NCBI GenBank assembly: GCA_000165425.1
Contig: CT868673.1
Span: forward strand, 1 to 64,000
DNA length: 64,000 nt
Origin: Paramecium tetraurelia
Taxonomy: Eukaryota
Reading direction: 5' to 3'
Positions 10,661 through 24,902 of this stretch are shown here, in pieces. Numbering within the stretch: position 1 is the stretch's first letter; the number at the start of each line of letters is the position of its first letter. The translations under genes were made by a program, and so were the position numbers. A model generated the notes under the pieces. That model searched no databases, had not been told where the DNA came from, and saw nothing but the letters and a program-made list of their open reading frames with translations.

Positions 10661-13645
10661 ATGAAGCCTCTTCCAAAGCAACAAACAACAGTCACTATGG
10701 CTAGACCATGCTCTGTATCAAAAGAATATACACCTATGATGGTCAATTCACCGGATAGGTAACTAGTATATGGAACGAAAACATAATCACAAGCAAGAGT
10801 TTAAACATATATGGCTTCACCATATATGTAGTCTCCCACATATGAAGCAAATAAATAAGTCTTGACTTCACGTAATTATTTAATAATAGACCTAGCAAAT
10901 CTTCCAATTTAACCTGCATCGCCTAAAAGATTGCTTGACTCATATCATTACAAATAAAAAACTTTAGATTATAAACCACCATATGTAGAAAACAAAAATT
11001 AAAATCAATATGGTGATTACAAACCCTATGACACAACTAAATAATTATTTTCTTAAATAAATTAATATGATCTTGGAAAATATGATTTTGCAAAAACATA
11101 TAATTTCGAGTCAAACAAAGAAAATAAAGATTTGAATTCTAACACTGAAAAAAGAAATCAACCTAAAGAATTAAATCCATTCTTAGAATCTAAAGAAAAT
11201 ATTAAAATTGGATTGGACTTCTTGTGTAGATCGCCAATCTAAGAACTCAATAGTTAATAAGGTTTTTCAACCTATCCTACTTCCAACATCCAACAATAGA
11301 AACAAACGACCACACCTGTTTCACTTTCATCAAAAACAAGATTATAAACTGAAATTAATAAAATATCAAGTTCATTGAGAGAATTGATTTCAACAGTCTA
11401 AAAACAAATGGGGGCTAGCCAACTACCTGATGCATTAAATGATAAAATGATTGATGTGTTGTCTAATTTTAGAAAGTTAGAAGAAATAGCTTTATCAGAT
11501 ACTCAATCATAATAGTCTACATCCTCTCTTCATAATAACTTTGAAAATGAATAAAAAATTAATACTTTGACTGAAGATTACAATAAACTGAAAGGTATTT
11601 TAGAATAACTACAAACTAAAATGGCCTCTTTAGTCTAAGAAAATTAAAAAGTATATATATAATAATAATAATCAAGCTTAATAAAAAATTGATAGAGTAC
11701 GAATAGAAAGGAGTGGAAGATGAAAAAAAGAGAAAGGAAGATGATGAAAGATCATTCTATTCCTAATAAGAGTTTAATAGAGTTTTGGAATGTCTGTAGC
11801 AAAATTAAAAGGAGAATGAAGAATTGAAACATTAATTATAGAAGGCTGAAAAATCTAAAACAGAAAACATGGTTTGTAGATAATTATTTTCTCAAGATGA
11901 ATAAGTTAGAGAGTTGAGAACAAAATATCAAAATTTATAAACTGAATATGAATCGCTTGAATTTAAATACAAACAGGCAGTCTAAGAAAAAAGTTTTTAC
12001 TAAAGAGATATGACTAAATCCCCTTCAATTTTAAGATCCCCATCTGTAAATAATGTCTAAAAACAATCAAAATAAAATGAATAATTAGAATTAAAACTGT
12101 TTTAATTATAAATTGAGAATGATAATCTCAAGGCTGAAGTTGCACACAATCAAGTAGATTCAAGATAATTGGATTAAAAGAATTCCGTTATTAATCAATT
12201 AGAGGAAAAAGTTAAATCAACATTAAGAGAGAAAGCAGAGTCTGAAGAACATTTTCAACAACTATGCTATAACTTAGAGAGTTAGCTTGAGTAATTGAGA
12301 GTTAGTTTGCAATAAAAGGAACTAGATCTTAATCAAACTAACAAATAAAAAAAAGAAATTGAAAGAGATTTTTAGTCTTCAGTTTAAAATTACTAAATTG
12401 TATAAAAGGGATTAGATGATAAATTAACATCTGCAAAGGCAGATTATGATAAATTATTAACAGAATTCAAGACTTTAGATTCAAAAAAGAATAAAATATA
12501 GGATGAACTAACTACAAGTGAGAAATAATTAGAGTTATCAAGAAATGAAATAAATGGAATGATAAATGAAAATAAAAAGGTTTCAGAAAAATTACAATAA
12601 ATATAAAGGTAAAATGATTAACAGAGTCAGTAACTCTAATAGTACCAAATATCAACATAATAACTCCTCAAATAATTGGATAACTACAAATAATAAGAGT
12701 TCTAATTTAGATAAGAGATTGAAATTTTAGAAACTAATTTAAGGTAAACTAAGTAAGAAACAAAAAATTAGATTTATGATTTGAATGAAGCTTTAGGAAT
12801 GCAAATATCTAAAACTAAAGAAAAAGAAAAGTAGGTTATAGATTTAATTGAAGAGATGAGCGCATTTAAAGATTAATACGAAGTTTAAAAGAAAGTATAA
12901 TAAGAAAATATTAATGATTTGGAGAGAAAGTCAAAAAACCTAAGAATTCAATTAGAAGAAACCATAGAAGTTAAAGAAAATGAAATAAATGAATTAAAAT
13001 AAAATATGGAATAATAGATGAAGATTTTAGACAAAAGAAATGCCCTTTCATATTATGATTTTGAATAAAGGGAATATTAATATTAGTAGGATTTATAATA
13101 GAAAACAGATCTTATTGAATCTTTGAAAATGGAAATGGAAAAAATCAGAAGTGTCAATTACAATATGTAAGAGGAAATGCTTAAGAATAATATGTCAACT
13201 ACCTAATTGTAAGCTACTATTAATAGTTTAAAAAATGAATTATCTTAGGCCAAACAAGAATAAATCCATTTGATGGATTTGTTAAAAAAAAGAAAGGAAG
13301 AAACAGAATAATTGCATTTGGGTTTAGAGGAAGCAAGAAAGGAGCAATTACAAAAGAAGAATGCTGTTGAGGATAGTAGAAGTAATTATAATTATTTAAT
13401 CTTAAGGGTCTATGTTTAGATAATAAGATATGTAATCATAATTAGAGAGCATTCAAAGAGAAAACTTAGCCTTAACTTAAAAGATTAATTCGTTGAATAA
13501 TGAGCTAAACAGAAAATAAAGAGAATATTAAGAAAAGATTGAAGAGTATTCAATTTTAAAGAGAAAATACGATGAAACTCTTTAAAATTTGGAAAGATTA
13601 GAAAAAAGATGGGGAGAAAAAATAGATTAACATAGGAAAATTTGA
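10661..13645 (+). CDS. Large coiled-coil protein with Pro/Ser/Gln-rich N-terminus
   Basis: Long ciliate-code frame from MKPLPKQQ to ...HRKI-TGA, with small introns near 11652, 11872 and 13382. Confidence 0.75.
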
Positions 13646-13824
13646 TTAGTTAAATATAAATATTAAAATTCTATAGGATATTATGAGTTTATTATACACT
13701 TGAGTTTAAGCATCAAGAATAGCTAGCATCTTTAATTATTAATTATTTATCTTAATTCTTCCCAAAATTATTTCAGTCATCATTTTCATCATTTAGAAGA
13801 ATTTTTATATATTATTTATAAAAA

Positions 13825-16800
13825 ATGGCAACTGATTATCGATATTCTTAAATAGACAATCCAACTGGGGCTGGAAAAGAATATGGTGAATTAGACCTAG
13901 TGAAAATAGCCAAACTAGACAAATTGTTATCAAAAATTGATAATGATTTTAAAAAGAAATAAAAAGAGATTACTAAACCTAAATTAGTGGAGATCATGAA
14001 AACTACTCATGAGATCTATTAGATCGTTTTATATGAAATATCAGAGATGCTTGAAAGTGCCAAGTTATCTGAATTAAGATAATCTCTCAATAAAATTTAT
14101 AATGGTTAGAATATGATTTTAAATTATATCTTAAAGTAACAAATAAATGAAATATTAGACTGAATACTAATTTTGAAGTTCAAGCAGATAAGATGTTAGA
14201 GACTTTGTAAAAAAATATCGGTTAGCCGAGAAGAAAGTAACTTATTTATTTTATAGATAAGATCAGTGGATTAATCTGCCTAATAGAGTTAGGAAACAAA
14301 TAAGTTAGCAAATTAAATGGTGTAACTATAGCCAATAGTTAAAGTAAGGAAATTGAGTATTTTAGAAAACTGTGAGAAAGACTTATGCTGATAAGGGAAC
14401 TGATACAGGAGATGATATAAAAGATGCAAGAAATTAGGCAAATCTACTTAAAAAGGAAATGGAACTGAAGGGAATGTAAGAAGAATTGGACTAAGACTCT
14501 TAACAAATTACTGAGTTTTTGAAGAATAGGAAAATAGATTTGTAAGCAGTAGGAGAATCAAAGGCAGAAACAAATTTGAAGGAAGTCTTAAAGGATCTTG
14601 GCAAAAAGAAGCATGAAGTAAATGATGCAGAAGATGAAGCAGTTTAACAATTTGAAGAATTATAAAAACAACAGTAAAATTAATTGAAAAGTTTGGAAGG
14701 GGCTTTTGTTGAAGGAATCTAAGGAATGTAGAAATAGGCTCAAGAAAAGGCTTTAGCTGATATCAAAGCTGGTAAGGCAATAATGAAAAATGGTGTGTTG
14801 GTTTATATGCAAGAAATCTCTATGCAGACAGATAGAACAAAAATGGAGTAAGAGTATTAGGATAAGCTTGACAAATAAAGAAAAGAAAATCACGAAGTTC
14901 AGTAGAAAATGATATAATTGGAGAAACGAATAAAAGACACTCTTATAGAGAGAGACGCCTATGCTTAATAAGTAGGAGTTCTTAATGGTTAAGTATAAAA
15001 AGTGACTTTAGAAAAAAAGAAATTGGAGGAGAAGCAATAAGAAGAAAAGAAAGCAAAAGATAAACAACAATAAGAATAATAAGCTGTGTTAAATAAAAAT
15101 GATTCTGAAAAAATAAAAAGATTGGTGGAGGATAACATAAAAATGAAGCTTAGGATTAAGAACTTATTGGATAATATTGCAGCATTGGAAAAAGAAATGA
15201 ATAGGAATTTTGAAAGATTCAAGCTGTTCATATCAAACAATCCAAATTTAAGTGAGGAATAAAAGAAAGCTATATTGGGTTAAGCAGAGAATTTGTTTAA
15301 AGTGAACTTGAATGAAAAGTTAAATGTTTAAGAGATGAAAGAGTTAATGGCGGTGGATGACTTATTAAGAGACCCAATATTTAAATAAATTTGTGGATCT
15401 GACATTGGAGCTATAACAAGAGGAGTAAAAAAGGATGAAATGACAAGGAAATAAAAATTAGCTAAAGTACCATTTTATGATGCTCTATTTGATCCAGAAT
15501 TTTTAAATCCAGATGAAAAGATAGTTATTAGAAAAGTTAAAAAGATGGTAAAAAGATAAAAGAGTGATGGAGAATGGGTTGAGGAAGAAATGGAAGTGGA
15601 AGAAGAGGTTGTTGTAAATGCATAAGGAGAAGAGTTAAGAAAACGAGATAAGCCAAACCAAATTCAATAATCAAAACAAACTCAAGATTTCTTAGAGGCG
15701 CATGGTGGATTCGCAATTGGAGGATCCAAAATAAATTTGCCTTCCAAACCAGTAGCTAAAGATGGAAAGGAAATAAAACAAGGAGAATGGTTTGAAGATA
15801 AAACAGGAAAAAAGGTAAGAAAGTTATAAGGAAATGATGGTGATGAGGAAAGATTTGAAGTTGAAGAAGAATATGTTGATGAGAACGGATAAAAACAAAA
15901 AAGAATTAAGTAAGTGCGAATAAAAAAGGATAAGAATGGAGTTGAATATGTGGAAGAAGAGTATGTTATGCCAGATGGCAAGAAGTTAAAGGTTGCAAAG
16001 AGAACTGTAAAGGATAAAGATGGAGTAGATGTAGTAGAAGAAGTGACAGTGGATGAAAAGGGTAACAAAATTACCAAAAGATAAAAAGCGTATAAAGATG
16101 CAGATGGAAATGAAATTATTGAGGAAGAGCTCATTGATGAAAAAGGAAACAAAACCAAAGTGAAAAGAAAAGTTTATATTGATAGTGATGGTAATGAAGT
16201 TGTAGTTGAAGAAAGAATAGATGCAAAAGGAAATAAGGTCATTACTACAAAGAGAAAGAATGAATATGGTTAGGATATAATTGAACAATAAATAATTGAT
16301 AAAAATGGAAAGGTTGCTACAAAGGAATAAAAAATATACTAGGAAAATGGGATTACTGTTGTGGAAGAAGTTGCTTTTGATGCACAAGGAAACAAAATAA
16401 TAAAGAAAACAAGAATTAAGGATGGGGTAGAAGAAGTTGAAATTTAAAATGCTGATGGATCTGTAACAATTTAAAGAAAAGTTAAGAATTAAGATGGAAC
16501 TGAAGCAATTGAAGAAGAGATTGTTGATGTGAATGGAAATATAACTGTTGTAAAGAAAAAGGTTTACAGAGATGCAAAAGGCAACGTGGTCACTGAAGAA
16601 GAAAGAATTGATGCAAAAACAGGTTAAAAAGTAGTGATAAAAACAGTTAAGGACTCTTTTGGAAGAGAAACAGTCTAAAAGTAAATTTAAAACAAAGACG
16701 GATCTATTGTAAATTAAGAAAAGAATGTATAATAAGATGCTGAAGGTAATTTAATTGAAAATGAAGTTGTTTATGAGAATGGATAAAAATTAAATGTACA

Positions 16801-17861
16801 GAGGAAGATATACAAAGAAGGAGGGGCAGAAGTTAAAGAGGAAGTCATTGTAGATGAATAAGGAAATAAGAAAGTTGTAAAAACAAAAGTGACAAAGGGT
16901 AAGGATGGAGCTGAAATTACAGAAACTGTCACTACTAATGCTGATGGTTCGAAAACAGTCGTCAAATAAACAGTTGATAAAGATGGAAATATAATAACAG
17001 AAATAGAGACTGTGGATGCATAAGGAAATAAAATTATAGTAAAGAAAAAGAAAAACAAGAATGGAGAAGAATTTATTGAAGAAACTAAGGTTGGAGCTGA
17101 TGGAAAGATAGAAAAAAGTGTCAAGAGGGTTAGAGCTGATAAAAATGGTAATTTAATTGTTGAAGAAACTACTATTGCAGCTGATGGAACAAGAACAACC
17201 AAAATTGCTAAATTAGGCACTGATTAAAAAGCTACATAAACAGAGGGTACATATAATGATGGTAAAATGTCAATGGATTAAGTCCTATAATATTTATATG
17301 ATTTAGGCTTAGATAAAACTAAAATTGAGTAAATTAAAAATTGGGTTTCATTAAAGCAATAAATTAAAACTAATAAATAATAGAAGCTTCAATAAACTTA
17401 ATAGCAATTCATTTAATAGTAAGAAGTTTAGGAAGAAATTCCAAACTAATAATAAAGACCGGCCTCTGCTGAATCATAAAAATCACTTGATACTTTGGAT
17501 GATGAGGAACCTGAACAAGATCAAGCTGATAAATTATATAATAAAATGGTTAATAATAAATCTGGAGGCATGGGAGAACTAATTAGATAAGTAAGAAATG
17601 CTTTAGGAAAACAAGGTAATGTTATTATCATAAATAGGTAACGAAAACATTTCGCAAGAGGAGTTTAGAGATTATATGGTTAAAATGAAATAAGTACATG
17701 CAAAATGCGGAGATAATTGTCCACATTTAAAACGATTTTATGAAAAACTTGGTTTTATTCAAAAGAAATACAAAAGAAGATTTCTTAAGATGAAAGACAC
17801 TAGAATTGAGGCAAAAACTAAACTTCCTCATTTATAAAATTTCAGTTCAATAAAGCAATGA
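13825..17861 (+). CDS. Coiled-coil protein with long DxxG beta-hairpin repeat region and C-terminal HxKCGxNCxHL motif
   Basis: MATDYRYSQ start; 15500-17220 encodes about 40 short strands joined by DENG/DKDG/DAKG/NADG turns; ends HAKCGDNCPHLKRFYEKLG...IKQ-TGA; several tiny introns. Confidence 0.8.
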
Positions 17862-17883
17862 ATTTGATGATATTTAAAATTTA

Positions 17884-19009
17884 TCATTAAAAAACCTTGA
17901 TCAACAATTATACAGGTTCTCTGCAAATTAAACACTCTTTTACTGCCAGATCTTTACAATTTTGGCAATATACAAAATGTCCACATGGTGTAGCCACATA
18001 TTATTTAGGAAATTCAAAACAAATTTAGCATAAGTTAGAATCATCTAGATTTGTTACAGTTTCTTATTTATTTTGTACTTATTATATGACATTTTAGTTG
18101 TTTTACTTTTGATCTTCAATTTTTACATTATCAAATTATTTAATCACATTAACCTCAGAATTTTGTTTGATATCATAGGGTTCTTCTTGATATTTTTTAT
18201 AATTAGATTTATTGTAATTGTATTATTTTTTATTTTCATATTATTCTTATTATTTAAGATTTCTTTTCTATTCTTTTTCTAGATACAAATTAGATTCTTG
18301 CCTCTATTTTTTATTTTTTTTATCAACCCTACTTTGAGCCTTTTGATCTTGATATTACTATTGTCTTTCCTATTTTTAAAAGATTCTTTCTTCTTCGAAC
18401 TTCTTCTTTTCAACAAATTGTTTATCCTATTCAATATCAATTGCAAATATATCAGGTTATTATATTTTTTTATCAACACCGAATTTAAGATATTAATTTA
18501 AAAGCTAAACAAATGAATAACAAAGTTACAGTATTGCAATGATGGCAAATTTGTCTAATAGGTTCGAGGTGTTTCTTTTTATAGACTTGATTTGACAAGT
18601 TTATTGCTTATCTTTTAATGGAACATAATATTTAATAATTATCATCTCTCTAAGCTTATGTAAGTTTTTCTATGTTCTGATTTTGAGTAATTTAGAGTTG
18701 ATTAAATAGTCCATCGTACACTAAATGAAAATCATTAGCGATTTAATCTTTTCGATTAACTTTCGACATTTCAGCTTCTAATTTTTCAATCTTGTTTTAA
18801 AGCTTAAATATTTTAGATGGATTGTTTCTGTCAATACTAATTTATAGTTGTTCTTTAGTTGTTTGCATTTTCTCGAGAAGTTTTTATTTTTTTGCTTCTG
18901 ATTTCTCAATCATTCCCTAAAATTTTCCTTATAACTTCTCTTGGTAATTGCTTATTAATTTCTGGATATTTTAGGCTTCGCTTTCAAAGGATTAGTATAG
19001 CTTTTGCAT
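17884..19009 (-). CDS. C-terminal C3HC4 RING finger protein (IAP/MIB-type E3 ligase)
   Basis: CQICFEFPKQYVATPCGHFVYCQNCKDLAVKECLICREPV at the C-terminus; one 25-nt intron near 18504-18528 restores frame from MQKLYQ. Confidence 0.85.
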
Positions 19010-19190
19010 TAATTTTTATTAAACTTAAATTTAAAGCAATATGATTAAGAGCACTTAATTTACTTCTAATATATGATGAATTCTGTTAAAGGAGATATAT
19101 ATATAGGTAATAACAATGGATTTATAATGAAAGTAAATAAGGTTACTTAAATAGAGACAATATATATTTAAAATTAATTAAAAAAAGATC

Positions 19191-19625
19191 ATGATACATC
19201 CTGGTTCATCTATTAGTAAAGCTAAGCAATCAAAAGTCCCTGCTCCAGGAGGAGGAAGATTAGCAGTAAAATTAGTTGAGTAAAAATATTCCAACACTTG
19301 AAGACTATGTAAAAAATAGAGATTGGGTCGGAGCATTTGCTTTATTAGAGAATGAATATTAGTATTTTATATTCAGAAAAACAAGTGCTAATAATCAACA
19401 TTCTGAACCTAAGTTATGGTTTGCATATGCTAAATTAATCCAACATAATTATGATTCTAAATTCTGTAACTTATAGCAAATGATTGTTATGAAATGGAGT
19501 ACCTTTATCATGATTAGTTGTTCGAGGTTATGAACCTATTGACCACTCTGGGGGACAACCCTAAGGCTAAATACATAATAACAGCCATTAAAAAATGGGG
19601 AAAGTAAAATAACTGGAAAGTCTGA
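19191..19625 (+). pseudogene. TTC26: Internally deleted, frameshifted IFT56/TTC26 (DYF-13) remnant
   Basis: IPTLEDYVKNRDWVGAFALLENE and KLWFAYA (N-terminus), LQLIANDCYEM (late motif), EVMNLLTTLGDNPKAKYIITAIKKWGKQNNWKV-TGA (C-terminus), all within about 435 nt and with a frameshift near 19285. Confidence 0.75.
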
Positions 19626-19659
19626 TCAATTATAATTATTTTAATTATTACGATTAATC

Positions 19660-20382
19660 ATGAACCCAATCGAACTATATCAAATGATGGTTAAATAGGA
19701 TGCTTAGTATCATATATGATTCATATTCACAAGATTTGTGAACAATTATACTTATAACTCTTTTACAATTTTCAAACAAAGTGCATCTAATTCTAGAAAT
19801 AATTAGAACAGTGCTGTGAATAATCCCCAAGAATTGCTTTCATCTAGACCTCTAAATCAAGACCAGCAATATTATATTAAACAGTAATCATTTCGAAAAG
19901 TTGAAGAGTGGCAAAAGTAATAAGACTTATTGGTTAAACATTCCTAATAAAATAATCACTTTATTCCTAATTATCCTTAAAAGACATCAAAAGATTTATC
20001 CTAGAGGTATCAAAGGCATTATGCTTAAAACAGATCGATTGATAGAGACAAAGGAAAAAATGAGTTATAATAAAAAATTAATTAAAGTGTTAATGTGAAA
20101 ACTGATGTAATCGAATAACCAATAATTTCAATTAAGATAAAAACAGAAGAAAATTAAAAGAAATCAAATCTGAGAAAAGTTAAAAAGTAAACACTTGAAA
20201 AAAAGACGGTAAAAATTGAAGATCATAGAAAATCTAATTCAAAATCACCTGAAAATTAACAACAATAAATTAATAAGCCTCCTTTGCCAAAGATAATGAA
20301 GAAGGAACAAGAACAAAGTCCAGTTATATAATCTCAACCTGGTTTAGAAACTGTAGACTAATTTCTACAAAAAGCAAAATGA
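19660..20382 (+). CDS. Hypothetical low-complexity protein
   Basis: MNPIELYQMM start, one 27-nt intron, open frame to ...FLQKAK-TGA. Confidence 0.65.
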
Positions 20383-20434
20383 AAATTAGAATTACAATTT
20401 TTATTATTTCAACATAAACATTTAGCAACTTTTA

Positions 20435-21769
20435 TCAATCAAATATATTTTGTTTTGATTATTTTTCTTTTAGATCAAATTAATTCTTGCAAAAGGAATT
20501 TTAGAGCATAGTTGTCCTCATCTCTATATTAGACATGGTTTTGCACCTTTCTGTTCTCTAGCTTAATTTCTATTTCACCGCTGTTGACAAAGATGACTAT
20601 CTTTACTTTTTAGTATAATGAGGAGTATACTCATACATAAAAGCCTTATGAAACATAATGTTCCCAGCTCCTAATTTTGAAGCAAAATAATTTCTTGTTC
20701 TTGAATAAGAGAAATTCATATTTTTGACTACTTCTTTTACTTTATCAATGGCAGCTGTCTCTTTTTATTTTAATTATTCGTATTATGAATCTGAAGTTTA
20801 GGTTTTTGTTCTCAGTCTTTGTTGGGATTAAATCTATTATTATTATTACAAAGGTTTCGAGAAGGATTAATTTTATTCTACACTTGATCTTAATTACACA
20901 ATTCTCTGTCTAAATTTTTTTTACAAGAACAGCTAAATATGAATTTATAATTTACTCTCAATTATTATGAATTTATTGTATGAATTAATTCAGATACATT
21001 TAATAAATACAACTCTACTACCTAGGAATTGCAAATCGCTTCATAGTATTTTTGATGAATGATAGACTTTTTCAAATTAATTTTGCTATCCTCATCCACA
21101 AAATGTGACTCTCCAAATATATCTTTTTCCGTTATTATTAAACTACTATGATTAAATTTGATACAATTATTTGTGAAATGGTCCCTAACTAGACTGGAGT
21201 ACAACTGATCTAGTTTGATAAGGAGTTGATACCCTGATTTTATAATGCAAATTATTCCAGGTAAAACATGACTGAGATTTGTTTTATATTGATAAGTTTT
21301 GAGAGGAATTTGATCAAGAATTGCATAGATAGAACTCAAATACATTCCAGAAAAAAATGAGAATTGAATTAAAAAGGTTAATTTAGCTTCAATTTCCTTT
21401 TATCTATTCATTTAAACAATCTGATTATAAAGAGTTCTGCTAAAAGTTACTTAATAAAGATAAACAATACGCATTATAGTAGGTTTTAGGATTTAACAGC
21501 TTTCTAAAATTAGAATACCATCGTGGCTCACTTTTCCTTTCAGAAATAAATAAACTCGCCTTTCACAGTCTACACTCTGACCGACTAAATCAAAATAGAT
21601 TAGTTTTAAATTAGGCATTAACAGCCCAATGTGTTAACTAAACAAATCAAGTTTTTGTAAAAATACTTTTATAATTGATTATATTACATTGCAAAGGTCT
21701 CTTATCTTCCTGATCGTAGCGCAAGACGTCGATAACCTTATCGATTAAGGTTTGATTTTTTATAATCAT
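20435..21769 (-). CDS. Divergent cyclic-nucleotide-binding (cNMP)-like domain protein
   Basis: MIIKNQTLIDKVIDVLRY start; VYLFLKGKV, ICIIKSG and KDIFGE motifs resemble cNMP beta-barrel signatures; several tiny introns. Confidence 0.5.
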
Positions 21770-22938
21770 AAAATTAATCATGTGAAATTACTTAGGATTA
21801 TGATTTATAAAGTAATATTTAATTATAAATAGTTGCCTTTCCAAGGACATCTACATACTCTCAACAATTTTAAGGTAAAAAAATATTCTGAAAATAAATA
21901 AATTTATGTTTTAATTCATTTATATATATTAAATTAATTCTAAAAAGGTCTCATTTTGTTGTGATTTAAGATTTTAATGTTTATCTCAAATATGATTTAT
22001 ATTGCCGATTAAAGTGTATATACTAATTGAAAATCTTCTTAATAATGTATTTGATTTGGCGACTCTCTGTGAATAATGATTGTACTTATTCAGAGCAGTA
22101 AGGATTTATAAGTTTTGCTTCATGTAGAATATGATTTATCCACTAATAGTTCTTTGATTTGAATTAAAATTTTATAATTCTACATGTTCATTGTATAATT
22201 TTTGAGTTTTATAATATTTTATAACTCTCTAATTTTTGTAATCCCTTTAGCTTTCTTTATTGTATATTTCAAAAAAGCAAATATCGAATCATATTGAATT
22301 AATGAAACACTAGTAATATTTTCTTTAACAATAGATAATAGCATTTGTCATCTCGCAACATTTGATATCTTCTCCATGGTAGAATAAATATCAAAAGTGA
22401 AATTCAACGAAAATGATTTGATTATCAACATAATAGTCGATTGTAATGATTCTTGATATCGAATATCAAAATGATATGCTTAAAAATGATTATAACTAAA
22501 TTAGATCTCTTATAATCTTATAATTTATCCATTTTCACTTACAGTTTTTTGCTGATAGATTCGAGTTGATTATTGCCTAATTATCAACTGCATTTAATGT
22601 ATTTGATCAAAAAATCAGTTTTCTTTGATGTTATTTAAGAGTTTTTCTTTACTTTCTACTTGCTCAAATTTAAATGCTATCATTAATATATGATTCAGAG
22701 TAGAGGCTTGAATCAAGTGGTTCTAACTTATCAGATGATAGGACAAAATATTAGAATTTTCGATAGCATTTTTAAAAAATTATTTATTTTTCTGTTTATT
22801 TAGAAATGTTTTTATAATTTCTGGCTTTAAAATAACTAACTTTTGATATTGAAAAAATAACTATATTAGAGAATTCATATATTTGTACATGTTTTTGTAG
22901 TGTTTGTTACCTATTAATTTTAAAAAAAATAAAAATTA

Positions 22939-24624
22939 TCAATTTTCAGGATTTTCTACTTGAACATTCTAAAGTTCTTGCTCATCAAGTATTACGTGAG
23001 GGAGATTCTTATAATAATTAATACGGTAATTTCCATATACAATTGCAACCACTGCTAACAATATTAATAAAATGACTAGTCCACTAAAATTGATTACATA
23101 TATATTTATACACTAAAATGCATCCAACTATTATTATTGTTTTTTGATCCTCTTCATAAAAAAGAATCTCCTTTCCTGTAATGGTGAAATTATGTAAGAT
23201 AACACATTATTTAAATGCTGTATGATCATTTTCTTTTTGCTTAGATAAACAAGATGTTGAATTCATTTTTAAACTATATTTTGTATCATTTGTGCTAGTT
23301 GGTTTACATTAAACCCAAGGTAATAATGACTTGATGGAGAAAACTGATATTTAATTGCTAGAAATCCCTACCATGAATGATTATTTATAAACTAAAGGAA
23401 TTCCTTAAAATGGTTCTTATTCAATAGCTTGTTCAGTATACGAAGTGTTATCCCACTTTTTATATTCTTCCACATTAACTAGGTTTACATCTTAGAAGAA
23501 TAAAGGAATCTCGGTTTATTCAACAAATTTATTATAAACAGAATGATAGATGACTCTGTGAATCTCAGCTCCAATGAGGATTGCAAAGTGTTCTCCCACC
23601 CAAACATCATAAATGTCCATGTCTTTAGAATAAATTTTATTGAAATAATATCTATCATCTTCCGATAAGACCTCCAATGCATAAGGAATGCTATCTTAGG
23701 TTTCAGCCACTATGAAGAATGTATTTTAATAAAAGTCGAAGGCCATGCAATTCTGTAAGGTAATTTAAAAAGAATTTTAAATATATTCTAATACAGAGAC
23801 AATCTTATAAGACAGCAATCCCACCTACTAATCAAGTAGGTAGAGAATAGTGCTTTCAGGATTCGTTCTAATCTAGACTATTTTCTAACCAGCCGTTATC
23901 GTTTTCACTTTTTCGATACTCTTATCATTCGTGAATTGCAACACATCCACAAATGAGTTTTCATAACAAATATAGATTAGCTTAGATTTTTCATCAAAGT
24001 AAACATCTTTGGGAAAATCCCTAAATTCACCAATTATAGAGGTTAAGTTAACTTAGGTAGTATTATTGTCTTTATAAATAAAGGTTTAACCTTCTTCTCC
24101 TAAGATTAAGCAAACTTTATTATAACAAATAAGTTAATGTTGTTGGCTAAAACCTCCATTTTCGTACTTCTCTTTAAACTCTAAGCCTACAATTTTTCTA
24201 TTTTCTACATCAAGTTTGATTTCAAATTAAAACAGTGCATTATCATTTCTTGTGACAAAAACAGCATCACCATCAATGTACATATCAGTGAAAGATGATT
24301 CTTCTGACTCAATTTATTGATCAGCTAAATGTTTATGAATTAATCTTCTTTGATATTAATGACATCCTGGTAGAGTGAATGGATCAAGAGTAACATTTTA
24401 TTGGATTGGTTTGAATTCTCCATCCATAAGTCCACTCAATTCCATACTATACACTCCAGGATAGCTTAAAATGTAATTAGTATCCAATACCTATTGTATT
24501 AGAGTAATAATGTGGAATCAATATTGTGGACATAATTTGTATCAGATATCTGTTCAAATAGCTTTTTATACACAGGACCTGTAGTTCTTTTAGCACACAC
24601 TAAAGAGAGTAATATTAATAGCAT
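22939..24624 (-). CDS. Type I membrane / surface protein
   Basis: Signal peptide MLLILLSLVCA, large ectodomain, TM segment FSGLVILLILLAVVAIVY, short tail ending ENPEN-TGA; several introns. Confidence 0.75.
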
Positions 24625-24902
24625 TATAAATATAATGTGAATATAATATAATAAGTTTTTCATCTATTCAGATGTTTATCAAAGTTATTAAGACTTATAT
24701 GTTAGTACATTATTCTGAAATTTGGAATACAATAACTAAAAACGTATACCAAATTAATGACACAATTCATGTGAGATAAGATTCAGATAGATTTTTTATA
24801 TTGAGATTAGGGTTGTTTAATTGAATAGATGGATTTGTTATAAACATCAAAAGAACAATCAGCAATATATCAATAATGAATTTAGATTAACAAATATTAT
24901 TA

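Noticed and set aside
15682..17220. Long hydrophobic Ser/Phe-rich minus-strand ORFs in the track
   Set aside because: Antisense shadows of the K/E/V/D-rich repeat gene on the plus strand.
18500..18636. ATG at 18636 as start of the RING gene
   Set aside because: After the intron this frame hits TGA; the ATG at 19009 gives the open frame.
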